Below, in pieces: positions 1 through 7,130 of a stretch of 10,867 bases of DNA. Where the stretch lies: IMG/VR virus record IMGVR_UViG_2609459797_000001; one strand, given 5' to 3'. Both the position numbers and the translations under genes were made by a program. How positions within the stretch are numbered: position 1 is the first letter of the stretch; every line of letters begins with the position of its first letter. Under the pieces are notes generated by a model that had not been told where the DNA came from, did not search any database, and saw nothing but the letters and a program-made list of their open reading frames with translations. Source of the DNA: a virus. Taxonomy: Duplodnaviria; Heunggongvirae; Uroviricota; Caudoviricetes; Autographiviridae.

Positions 1-377
1 TGGACGAACAGTGGGGCTATGTCGGGGCTAAATCGCGCCAGCGCTGGCTGTTTTACGCGTATGACAGGCTCCGGAAGACGGTTGTTGCGCACGTATTCGG
101 TGAACGCACTATGGCGACGCTGGGGCGTCTTATGAGCCTGCTGTCACCCTTTGACGTGGTGATATGGATGACGGATGGCTGGCCGCTGTATGAATCCCGC
201 CTGAAGGGAAAGCTGCACGTAATCAGCAAGCGATATACGCAGCGAATTGAGCGGCATAACCTGAATCTGAGGCAGCACCTGGCACGGCTGGGACGGAAGT
301 CGCTGTCGTTCTCAAAATCGGTGGAGCTGCATGACAAAGTCATCGGGCATTATCTGAACATAAAACACTATCAATAA
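1..377 (+). CDS. insB: IS1 transposase InsB, C-terminal part (5' end lies outside the window)
   Basis: Open frame from the window start to TAA at 375-377; the listed ORF 111..377 is only the part after an internal Met. Sequence recognised as IS1 InsB from memory. Confidence 0.85.
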   Translation, partial: DEQWGYVGAKSRQRWLFYAYDRLRKTVVAHVFGERTMATLGRLMSLLSPFDVVIWMTDGWPLYESRLKGKLHVISKRYTQRIERHNLNLRQHLARLGRKSLSFSKSVELHDKVIGHYLNIKHYQ

Positions 378-392
378 GTTGGAGTCATTACC
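1..392 (+). mobile_element. IS1 insertion sequence, 3' portion ending at its terminal inverted repeat; truncated by the window edge
   Basis: Frame 3..377 translates to the InsB C-terminal sequence ([21 protein letters not shown]...[15 protein letters not shown]). GTTGGAGTCATTACC at 378-392 matches the IS1 terminal repeat as I remember it, 15 nt after the insB stop. Confidence 0.9.
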
Positions 393-457
393 TGGTGTTC
401 CTTACCTTGCAGCCTTCGGAATAGCAAAATCTATATTAGAGCATTTAGGGATAAAAG

Positions 458-1534
458 ATGAATTTGACAGCAATGAATCTTGTGAATGCGATAGCCAACC
501 TGCCCAAAAACAGGCAGTTTGATTATGTGAATGAAAGTAATGCTGGGAAGATTGTCGTCGACTCGATTAAGTCACCACAAGGCCCGATACGCTTTAAGCG
601 TTTTAACCCGACCAAAGGTGAGACGCTTAAAGATGCAAAAATAGACAGCATCTCTAGCCAGATGCTTTGGCGTTTGGCTAACGCAATTCAAGAGGATGCA
701 CCTATCAATTTAGATAGAGTGCTTGGTGCAAGCTATAACTCCCGTTCCGTTATTGAGAGTTTACTTGCACACACACCGCAATTTTATTGGTGTAAACTCG
801 ACCGTTTAGAAGTTATTAACACTAAACAGACGGTAAAGAAAGGCCACAAGCATCTTGTGTACTTACCCAATTCGCCACACGAAAACGGTAAGCTCTCTGA
901 ATACAAAGCTAATATTGTAATATCAGAGATGAAAACAGAAGTTGTTTATCAAAGTGTTGATCTGGAAACAATCCGTCCAGTTGAAGGTATGTCGATTGAA
1001 GAATCAAGAAGGCATGCACAAATCCAGATTGCTTTAGTAAAAATAGGCCACCACTTAGGCTATAGAACATGGGTGGCAGCTAATGATCGTGGACTTAAAT
1101 ATAACGGGAAAGTCATTGCTCAAATGGATGGGGTAATTGATAGTCTCTCAAATGAAAAGGTATTAAGCTCGTACAGCGAGGCCATTGACGGTGCAAAACT
1201 AATAGATTGCATTTGGTTTAGAAATGGAAAATTAATGCCCGCCGTGATGGAAATTGAGCACAGCACTGGGATTAAAAGCGGATTAATCCGTATGAAGAAT
1301 TTTTGTGACTATGCCCCACGGCTTCAAGATATCAGATGGACAATCGTAGCCCCCGATGAATATCGAGCTAAAGTCATTGAATTTGCGAATATGCCGCAAT
1401 TCCGAGAGCTGGACACAAAATTCTTCCCGTACTCAGCAGTCGAAGAGTTGTATTCTCTTTGTGAACGACGCAAACCACAAGGAATTACAGACCAATTCCT
1501 TAATGCGTTTATGGAAAACTGCGTAACCCACTGA
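458..1534 (+). CDS. Hypothetical protein (358 aa), compositionally foreign; possible nuclease or defence-type protein (inference only)
   Basis: ATG at 458 preceded by AGGGA about 7 nt upstream; uninterrupted 358-codon frame to TGA at 1532-1534. Hand counts on 60-nt samples give about 37-48% GC against a clearly GC-richer surrounding. Convergent with the minus-strand operon. Weak D...E-x-E pattern (LIDCIWF...AVMEIEHS) that could be a PD-(D/E)XK-like core; not verified. Confidence 0.7.
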   Translation: MNLTAMNLVNAIANLPKNRQFDYVNESNAGKIVVDSIKSPQGPIRFKRFNPTKGETLKDAKIDSISSQMLWRLANAIQEDAPINLDRVLGASYNSRSVIESLLAHTPQFYWCKLDRLEVINTKQTVKKGHKHLVYLPNSPHENGKLSEYKANIVISEMKTEVVYQSVDLETIRPVEGMSIEESRRHAQIQIALVKIGHHLGYRTWVAANDRGLKYNGKVIAQMDGVIDSLSNEKVLSSYSEAIDGAKLIDCIWFRNGKLMPAVMEIEHSTGIKSGLIRMKNFCDYAPRLQDIRWTIVAPDEYRAKVIEFANMPQFRELDTKFFPYSAVEELYSLCERRKPQGITDQFLNAFMENCVTH

Positions 1535-1554
1535 CTAGAAGTTAAACATCTTTT

Positions 1555-1576
1555 GTGCCGGGTGCAACCCCGGCAC
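1555..1576. terminator. GC-rich hairpin between convergent genes (8-bp stem GTGCCGGG/CCCGGCAC, 6-nt loop); possible bidirectional terminator, non-canonical
   Basis: Perfect inverted repeat at 1555-1562 and 1569-1576, lying between the stop of the 458-1534 gene and the stop of the 1589-2017 gene. A T-run precedes rather than follows the stem on the plus strand, so there is no classical U-tract in either direction. Confidence 0.3.
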
Positions 1577-1588
1577 AGCCAGAACTCA

Positions 1589-2017
1589 TCACCCCGGATA
1601 AACAACGCCCAGCCCTTGGTTTTGTTGGCGGTAGCTCGCCAGCATCGCGTTCATGTTGCCAGGCGACAGCCCACACAAACGCCCAGCATGGTAGCCACCC
1701 TCAGCAGCGTTAGCAGAACGATGCACCACAGCACGCACGCGCCCGGTTCGGTGGCAATGATCCAGCACGGCAGACGCAAGGCGCAGCGGTTTACCTGTCA
1801 CCGCACAGCGTCGGTATTGATAATTCCACAGGAAGATACGGACAGCGGCCACATCAGCGCGGCGCAACTCCAGCCGACCGGAACCATTCAACAGGAAGCG
1901 ATACACATCTTCGAATACAGCAGCATTTGTAATCCGTTCAGCCAACGGCATGTTGCCGAGGTGTTCCAGATAGTCCCGCATCGCTTTTCTTAGTAGTTGG
2001 TCTGTCCGTGTAACCAT
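1589..2017 (-). CDS. Endonuclease VII-like (phage T4 gp49 family) junction-resolving nuclease
   Basis: Motif LDHCHRTGRVRAVV...ANAAEG matches the remembered endonuclease VII core (HLDHDHE...GKVRGLLCNLCNAAEG). ATG at 2017 with GGAG about 10 nt upstream; last gene of the minus-strand operon. Confidence 0.75.
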   Translation of the reverse strand: MVTRTDQLLRKAMRDYLEHLGNMPLAERITNAAVFEDVYRFLLNGSGRLELRRADVAAVRIFLWNYQYRRCAVTGKPLRLASAVLDHCHRTGRVRAVVHRSANAAEGGYHAGRLCGLSPGNMNAMLASYRQQNQGLGVVYPG

Positions 2018-2289
2018 GATTCAAAGTCTCCATTGTCAGACGCAGCCCGCTTGCAGGCTTCGTATTCTTCGCACTGGCGTTGGCAAACCAGAACATAAAG
2101 TTCATCAGCCATCGCATTAACGCGTTCGTCACTGATACCGTTGCGGCGCATTAGCCCCAGCAGCTTACGAAATTCAGCTTCCAGCTCAGGCTCTCCGGTA
2201 TCCATTACCCACTGTTTCAGGTCAGCGAGTGCGCCAGTCATTGGCGGCGGCTCGATGTACCGCCACCTTAATTTAATCGTGGTTATCAT
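1990..2289 (-). CDS. Hypothetical small phage protein (start uncertain; 2289, 2241 and the TTG at 2337 are alternatives)
   Basis: Minus-strand frame ending TAA at 1990-1992. The listed start at 2337 is a TTG and overlaps the upstream gene by 65 nt; the ATG at 2289 overlaps the upstream stop by 17 nt, which is more typical of coupled genes. Confidence 0.45.
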   Translation of the reverse strand: MITTIKLRWRYIEPPPMTGALADLKQWVMDTGEPELEAEFRKLLGLMRRNGISDERVNAMADELYVLVCQRQCEEYEACKRAASDNGDFESWLHGQTNY

Positions 2290-2698
2290 CTTCTTTATTC
2301 TCTCTGTAAGCCGGGTGCATTGCCCGGTATTGCTCAATGGTCAAACCCTCGCTGGCCGCTGTAAGCCGTTCCTTTTGCTTACCCGCCAATCGCAAGGCGC
2401 TGTCTCTCCAGCAGAGCAGAAAGAAGACGGTCAGCACCTGCTTACTCAAGCCATCCAGAAGATCACCAAGTCCTTGCTCCAGAAGACAGGCACGCCATGC
2501 AGCGGCATGCTCCGTCATAGCGCCGACTATCGGGACAGGTGCGCCAAGCATCGTCGCAAGTTGGCTCATAACACTATTAGCATCGCCCGGATGCAGTCGG
2601 GGCATAGTCATGCGGCCAGCCTGCGCCAACAGTTCAGCGTACCGCTGGCGACGTGGGTCATCATCTGCCAGCGCTCTAATCGGCTTTTCATCAGCCAT
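2273..2698 (-). CDS. Hypothetical phage protein (141 aa)
   Basis: ATG at 2698 with GGAGG 9 nt upstream; lies 18 nt after the stop of the HNH gene; same strand and packing as its neighbours. Confidence 0.7.
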   Translation of the reverse strand: MADEKPIRALADDDPRRQRYAELLAQAGRMTMPRLHPGDANSVMSQLATMLGAPVPIVGAMTEHAAAWRACLLEQGLGDLLDGLSKQVLTVFFLLCWRDSALRLAGKQKERLTAASEGLTIEQYRAMHPAYRENKEDDNHD

Positions 2699-2716
2699 TA
2701 ATGGAACCTCCGGGGA

Positions 2717-3226
2717 TTAGGCAGCCTGCAACAAATCGGCTGGTGTTGAGGGATGGTATCTGGCTTTAGCTTTCAGGTACGCAGCACGTGCCGCCGCTTC
2801 GGATGTGAATAAGCCAAGGTGATGGCGTACACCGTCAACGCGTATGTAAGCCTCCCATTTGCTACAGCCTTTATTCCAGCTATATCCCCTTGCCTTGCGT
2901 CGGTTCTGGTCGTTTTCCCGCTGCGTAACCAAACGCAGATTGCATAGGCGGTTGTCGTCACGGATACCGTTGATGTGATCGATCTGCTTACCGTGAGGAA
3001 TAGCGCCATGCGCAAGAATCCACGCCACGCGATGGGCTTTTAGCTGGTACTGCTTGCCATCAAGTCGCAGGGCAACTTGACGATAGCCATCAGCTCGCCG
3101 GGTGGAGTCAGCATAGGAGCCAGCCTTAACCCGGCGTCGGTTAGCTTTATGGCACAAGCGACCTGTAACCGGGTCATACAGGAAAAGGGATCGCAGCAGC
3201 TCAGGGGCGTAAGCATCATTAACCAT
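2717..3226 (-). CDS. HNH homing-endonuclease-like protein with C-terminal AP2-type DNA-binding domain
   Basis: HNH_3-type motif AHRVAWILAHG...IDHINGIRDDNRLCNLRLVTQREN, followed by an AP2-like segment GYSWNKGCSKWEAYIRVDGVRHHLGLFTSEAAARAAYLKA. ATG at 3226 with GGAGGGG upstream. Confidence 0.85.
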   Translation of the reverse strand: MVNDAYAPELLRSLFLYDPVTGRLCHKANRRRVKAGSYADSTRRADGYRQVALRLDGKQYQLKAHRVAWILAHGAIPHGKQIDHINGIRDDNRLCNLRLVTQRENDQNRRKARGYSWNKGCSKWEAYIRVDGVRHHLGLFTSEAAARAAYLKAKARYHPSTPADLLQAA

Positions 3227-3242
3227 GACTCAGCCCCTCCAG

Positions 3243-4238
3243 TTACGCAGATTGTCGGAAATTGATAACGCAATCAGGACGACGCAGCCCAACGTTGAAC
3301 AGGCGATATGAGTCCATCACCATCGTCATTTCGCGTTCATCATCCCACTGGCGATTAATGACGCTCTGCGCTTCGACCGTCAACAGTACCGAGGAAGGTT
3401 TAAACAGCGTCGCCCTCGTCAGCGCTTCCTCTGCGGTAACGTCATAATCAGCGCCCAGTTCATGCCCGGTAATGGCTTCCTGCGGGTAACTATTCAGCTC
3501 GATAACTCGCACCCCAGCGACATAGCCAACACGACGCCATGCGTAATCGTTGCCACTATCCCGGCTGTAACGGACGTTCATCAGCTTCTTATGTTCCATC
3601 AGGATGCTGAACCAAGCCGGGTCGATAAGCAGTACCAACTCCGCCACCGGAATATCTTTCTCAGTCAGGAATCGATTAACAGCAGCTTTAATAGCGCTAA
3701 CCAGCTCATTCGCGGCGTCTTCTTCGCTCCCCGCTGTCAGGTCGAGCGAGACAACGTTATCCGTCAACGGGTTAAACGTTGGTTGCAGTGTCGGCGGTGG
3801 TACAAAGTCAGTCGCTTTGATTAGCTGGATGGCGTGCGCTTCGTCGTAGAATTTAGCGTGAGCAGTACCGATATTGCGGCTCAGCTCTGCGCGAAAGGTG
3901 GGTGCAGTCCAGTCATCCTGATAGTCAATGGGGATGCGGATATAGCTCAGCGTATCCACAGAGATAACCAACTTGTCCGACTTAACGGCGGTAGGCTCCA
4001 GCGATTGCCCTGCTGTTCTGCCCTTCACCTCCAGATCACCACTCAGGCGATCAATGCGGTATTGGTTGCTGGCTTTCAGCGGCCTGTATGTAGACAGCCT
4101 CTCGGCCAGAAATACGGATTTGGACTCTAAACGGGTCTGGACATCCCGGTCATAAGCCTCGATGTGAATATCATTGTCGGATTCCACCCCGCCATAATGT
4201 GGGCGAAACAGATCGGGACTGTACGAAGTATCAGCCAT
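3243..4238 (-). CDS. Hypothetical 331-aa protein; motif pattern resembles HK97-fold major capsid protein of the T7 gp10 type (unverified)
   Basis: ATG at 4238 with GGAG 8-9 nt upstream. Ungapped, position-matched motif resemblance to T7 gp10 as I remember it: VLIYDIED versus IRIPIDYQDD near residue 100; ALTK...VP...DRVFYCDPDSYSAIL versus RFLTEKDIPVAELVLLIDPAWFSIL near 185-215; NVMGFEVVEVP versus YVAGVRVIELN near 240; KYAMG..GLRPE versus SYRLFNVGLRRPD near the C-terminus. Recall-based, needs profile confirmation. Confidence 0.75.
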   Translation of the reverse strand: MADTSYSPDLFRPHYGGVESDNDIHIEAYDRDVQTRLESKSVFLAERLSTYRPLKASNQYRIDRLSGDLEVKGRTAGQSLEPTAVKSDKLVISVDTLSYIRIPIDYQDDWTAPTFRAELSRNIGTAHAKFYDEAHAIQLIKATDFVPPPTLQPTFNPLTDNVVSLDLTAGSEEDAANELVSAIKAAVNRFLTEKDIPVAELVLLIDPAWFSILMEHKKLMNVRYSRDSGNDYAWRRVGYVAGVRVIELNSYPQEAITGHELGADYDVTAEEALTRATLFKPSSVLLTVEAQSVINRQWDDEREMTMVMDSYRLFNVGLRRPDCVINFRQSA

Positions 4239-4435
4239 AACAAAACTCCTACATATGTTGATGAAGCCCGCGCCATCGTCATGGCACAGACGTGCGTAAT
4301 CCTCCCGCCGAGGCAGGATTCAGAACGGTATCGATTAAAGGGATGAGGTGCCCCGGAATGGGCGTTTTGAGGCCAGAGCTGGCGCGGTTCTCAGGGGTTA
4401 GTGCGCGTAAAGTAAGGCGAAAGTATTACCTTGCA

Positions 4436-4849
4436 TTAGTGCGCACTCATACGCGCCATGTTCAACACCTTCCGCACAGAGGTTTCAGACACACCAACCT
4501 TGCTTGCAATGTAACGATTTTTCTGACCTTTTGCAGAGCGATCGATAATGTCAGCGCGTATCGCCTCAGTGATCACCTTGCGGGGTCTGGCTCGGTTCTT
4601 CTCGTGCCGTTCACGTTCGCGCAGCCTTTCGGCCAACTTCGGCGGTAGTACAGGGGAAAGCCCACGGCTAACGCCAGATGTGCGGGTGCCGGATGTGGCA
4701 GACCGGGCAACGATATAAACCGCTTCGTCTGGATTGAAAACGTGCTGCACACGCTCAGGGTAAATGTGGTCGCATCTACCCAACGGCAAGGCGAAATCCG
4801 GGCGCACGTCAGCGACACGCTCCACAGCATGGAAATTACAGGTACTCAT
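4436..4849 (-). CDS. Hypothetical protein with C-terminal helix-turn-helix and an N-terminal Cys/His cluster
   Basis: ATG at 4849 with GAGG about 7 nt upstream. C-terminus IIDRSAKGQKNRYIASKVGVSETSVRKVLN looks like a resolvase/sigma-region-4-type HTH; N-terminus has C-x2-H...C-x-H (MSTCNFH...RCDH). Confidence 0.65.
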   Translation of the reverse strand: MSTCNFHAVERVADVRPDFALPLGRCDHIYPERVQHVFNPDEAVYIVARSATSGTRTSGVSRGLSPVLPPKLAERLRERERHEKNRARPRKVITEAIRADIIDRSAKGQKNRYIASKVGVSETSVRKVLNMARMSAH

Positions 4850-4988
4850 TACGAACCTCGGTTAATTAAAAACAGGCTTTCAGATGCCGCGCAGAATGCG
4901 GCTTGCGGGGACTCATGCGCATAGATTGGTGTGGTAGTACCGGGTCGGTGCGCACTCGGTCTTGCAGAGCGCATTCCACCGTTGGGCG

Positions 4989-5684
4989 TTAGCGGCCAGC
5001 ACGTTTGCCAGCGGAGCGCTGCGCAACCAGAGCGCGGTATTGTTCATCGTACTGGCGATGGCCGGGGCCATACCCTGATTGCTGCGCCCACTGCGAAAGC
5101 TGGTCATACGCTGCTATAAACTCAGCATGAGACATTCCGACAGGTTGCGCGGTAGACTGGCCGTATGGGTTCCCCTGTGATGGGACATAACCAGTCGCAG
5201 TGCCTGCGGACATCCTCTCTTGCAGGTACTGAACCGCCCGCTGCATCTGCGCAGGGTCGCCAGACATAACCATTCGTTCAAGGGTTGATTGCGTCCCACT
5301 GTCGAGCGTGCCAGCGTACTGTAACATCGCGTCAACTGTTCCCTGTCCGAGCTGGCTTTCAATGGACTGGTGAAACTGCCCCATCAATCCTTGCAGCTCA
5401 GCGGTATACTCGACAGCAGTTCCGTCCATCAGAGGGATAGTATCGCCCACCTGCGCCCCGGCGCTGTCAGCGTTCTGGTCTTGCTGATTAGCAATATTGC
5501 TATTATTCCATTGGCCGCCATCATTACCGTTAACGGGTTGGGTACGGAGGAAATCAGCATCAGCAGGCGCAGAGCTAAAGCGGGATGCCCCATTGTCAGC
5601 TCCAACAGGTGCAGCCATGTATGGCGATTGCTGCGATGCAGCATCAGCGCCAGCAGCGAGATAAGGGTTTTGATTGTCAGCCAT
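4989..5684 (-). CDS. Q/N/G/A-rich low-complexity protein (231 aa), function unknown
   Basis: ATG at 5684 with AGAGG upstream, 2 nt after the stop of the preceding gene. Strongly biased composition (for example NGNDGGQWNNSNIANQQDQN) with a helical-looking C-terminal half. Confidence 0.6.
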   Translation of the reverse strand: MADNQNPYLAAGADAASQQSPYMAAPVGADNGASRFSSAPADADFLRTQPVNGNDGGQWNNSNIANQQDQNADSAGAQVGDTIPLMDGTAVEYTAELQGLMGQFHQSIESQLGQGTVDAMLQYAGTLDSGTQSTLERMVMSGDPAQMQRAVQYLQERMSAGTATGYVPSQGNPYGQSTAQPVGMSHAEFIAAYDQLSQWAQQSGYGPGHRQYDEQYRALVAQRSAGKRAGR

Positions 5685-5686
5685 AA

Positions 5687-5926
5687 TTATGCAACCTCTT
5701 GTGATGTAACTCGGCGGTGCGCCAGTTCAAGTAAAAGCATGTGCGCATGTACGCATCGGGCAGGAATCATCTTCTGTCCGTGGTACGCTTTGCCGAGATC
5801 TTGTCTGTCGATCTGGTACACACGAGCCAAGTCGATTTGACGAAGATTCAAGGCGTCAGCAATGAATTTCAGTTGTTGCCCGCAATCAGCCGCGCGGCGT
5901 GGCTCCATTAAAATGATGGTGCTCAT
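5687..5926 (-). CDS. Small XRE/Cro-like helix-turn-helix protein (start placed at the internal ATG with a good RBS)
   Basis: Segment LKFIADALNLRQIDLARVYQIDRQDLGKAYHGQKMIP has the XRE-type HTH pattern. The ATG at 5926 has GAGG about 9 nt upstream, whereas the listed start at 5968 overlaps the upstream gene. Confidence 0.55.
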   Translation of the reverse strand: MSTIILMEPRRAADCGQQLKFIADALNLRQIDLARVYQIDRQDLGKAYHGQKMIPARCVHAHMLLLELAHRRVTSQEVA

Positions 5927-5940
5927 GAAATAATCCTCAG

Positions 5941-6171
5941 TTAAATAAGCCCGTGACGGCGTAGCCAACGGCGCTCGCCAGCGGAGCCACGCGGACGCTG
6001 GCGGCGTCCACGGGCGGTGACTGGCTGTTCGGGTGCGGCCTCACTTCGGAGATTCTGCGTCAGGATGTCCCACCCCTGCGGCTTAACAGGGGCGTAGCCT
6101 TCCCGCATCTCGTCAAGGTTGACGTATTGAGTCGGGTCAATTGCAGGGTGAATGATGTCGTTATCTTCCAT
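5941..6171 (-). CDS. Hypothetical small protein with Arg-rich C-terminus
   Basis: The ATG at 6169-6171 overlaps the upstream TGA stop (6171-6173) by one base in a TGATG arrangement, indicating translational coupling; stop TAA at 5941-5943. The listed start at 6186 would overlap by 16 nt. Confidence 0.45.
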   Translation of the reverse strand: MEDNDIIHPAIDPTQYVNLDEMREGYAPVKPQGWDILTQNLRSEAAPEQPVTARGRRQRPRGSAGERRWLRRHGLI

Positions 6172-6749
6172 CACTCGGCTCCCCATTTCGCATTAACATT
6201 TTCCAGAATGTCACCATACGGCCAGCGGCTCTTTAAGCAGCGGTTAACGAAAGCGATCACCTCTGGCAGAACGTCCAGCTTTTGGGCGATGTCAGCGACA
6301 GGCCAGCCAAAGCGCTCTAACTTGTGGATTTCATCCAAATCAGAAGGCACCAGCTTGCGCATGGCTTTCGCTTTCTCCGGCTTCACTTTAACGGCTTTCG
6401 GCGCAGGGTGAGTGTGGGCGTTCTGGAATCTGGAATGAGCGATAGCCAGCACGGTTTCAGGGCGAATCAGCGTATCGCGGGCAATCATAAATTCCGTATC
6501 ACGGTGCAGCTTGCCGGGCTTATAGCGGCTGCGGATGGCGTTGTATTCAGCCAGAGTAATATCAGCATCGTCTTTCCACTGTTCGGCCAAGTCATCGACA
6601 TAGACGCCACGGATTACACGGTCGATGTCGCTCGGGCTGAAACCAGTGCGAGAAGAGATTTCATCGTTGTTCAGGTGGTCAACAATACTCAGTTTATTGA
6701 TAAGCTGAATATCGCGCAGGGTCAGGGTTGCGTTACTGGTGGTTGTCAT
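6171..6749 (-). CDS. Hypothetical protein (about 192 aa) with HTH-like segments; possible DNA-binding protein
   Basis: The ATG at 6749 has GGAGAG 9-10 nt upstream; the listed start at 6767 is a TTG. HTH-like stretches near both termini (ATLTLRDIQLINKLSIVDHL and VADIAQKLDVLPEVIAFV). Confidence 0.65.
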   Translation of the reverse strand: MTTTSNATLTLRDIQLINKLSIVDHLNNDEISSRTGFSPSDIDRVIRGVYVDDLAEQWKDDADITLAEYNAIRSRYKPGKLHRDTEFMIARDTLIRPETVLAIAHSRFQNAHTHPAPKAVKVKPEKAKAMRKLVPSDLDEIHKLERFGWPVADIAQKLDVLPEVIAFVNRCLKSRWPYGDILENVNAKWGAE

Positions 6750-6924
6750 ACTGGAACTCTCCATCAAAGTTAATCGAATCTTCTACAAGGTCTTTAATCA
6801 AAGCGAGGCTGGATGCGGTATGGATACCACCGCCGCGCCGGGCGTTGTCGTACATGGCTTTGGCCTGCTTCTGGTACTTCTCAGGCAGCGAGTTAAACCA
6901 CGCTCTAAACTGGTGCGGCGTCAT
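6733..6924 (-). CDS. Hypothetical small protein (63 aa)
   Basis: ATG at 6922-6924 overlaps the upstream TGA (6921-6923) in an ATGA-type junction; GGAGG about 11 nt upstream. Confidence 0.5.
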   Translation of the reverse strand: MTPHQFRAWFNSLPEKYQKQAKAMYDNARRGGGIHTASSLALIKDLVEDSINFDGEFQYDNHQ

Positions 6925-7130
6925 TCGTTGTCATCCTCCGGGAACACGTTATTGAAAGATGCGTCCGGCGCATCGGCGGCATTTTGCTTGAGGAAGTTCA
7001 CGCAGGATGACAGCTCGGCAGCAGCCATGCGGGATTCTCCAGCGGAGTCCTCTTTCAGGCGGCGGGTCAGCGCCTCCAGCAACAGGCACCGCATATCCCA
7101 TGTCCCAGCTTCAAACTCGGTTTTGGTCAT
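6921..7130 (-). CDS. Hypothetical small protein (69 aa)
   Basis: ATG at 7128-7130 overlaps the upstream TAA (7130-7132) in a TAATG junction; same operon and strand. Confidence 0.5.
   Translation of the reverse strand: MTKTEFEAGTWDMRCLLLEALTRRLKEDSAGESRMAAAELSSCVNFLKQNAADAPDASFNNVFPEDDNE

Noticed and set aside
111-377. Listed 88-aa ORF as a separate gene
   Set aside because: It is the part of IS1 insB after an internal Met; the frame is open back to the window start.
458-1534. Naming the AT-rich protein as a specific restriction enzyme or a member of a named defence family
   Set aside because: I could not match it to any remembered enzyme sequence, and the putative catalytic pattern is weak; it stays a hypothesis pending profile search.
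1553-2720. Plus-strand ORFs 1553-1993, 2141-2701 and 2337-2720
   Set aside because: They overlap minus-strand genes that have good RBSs and recognisable domains (endonuclease VII, and the gene starting at 2698 with GGAGG upstream); their translations are Arg/Ser/Ala-rich in the way of antisense frames.
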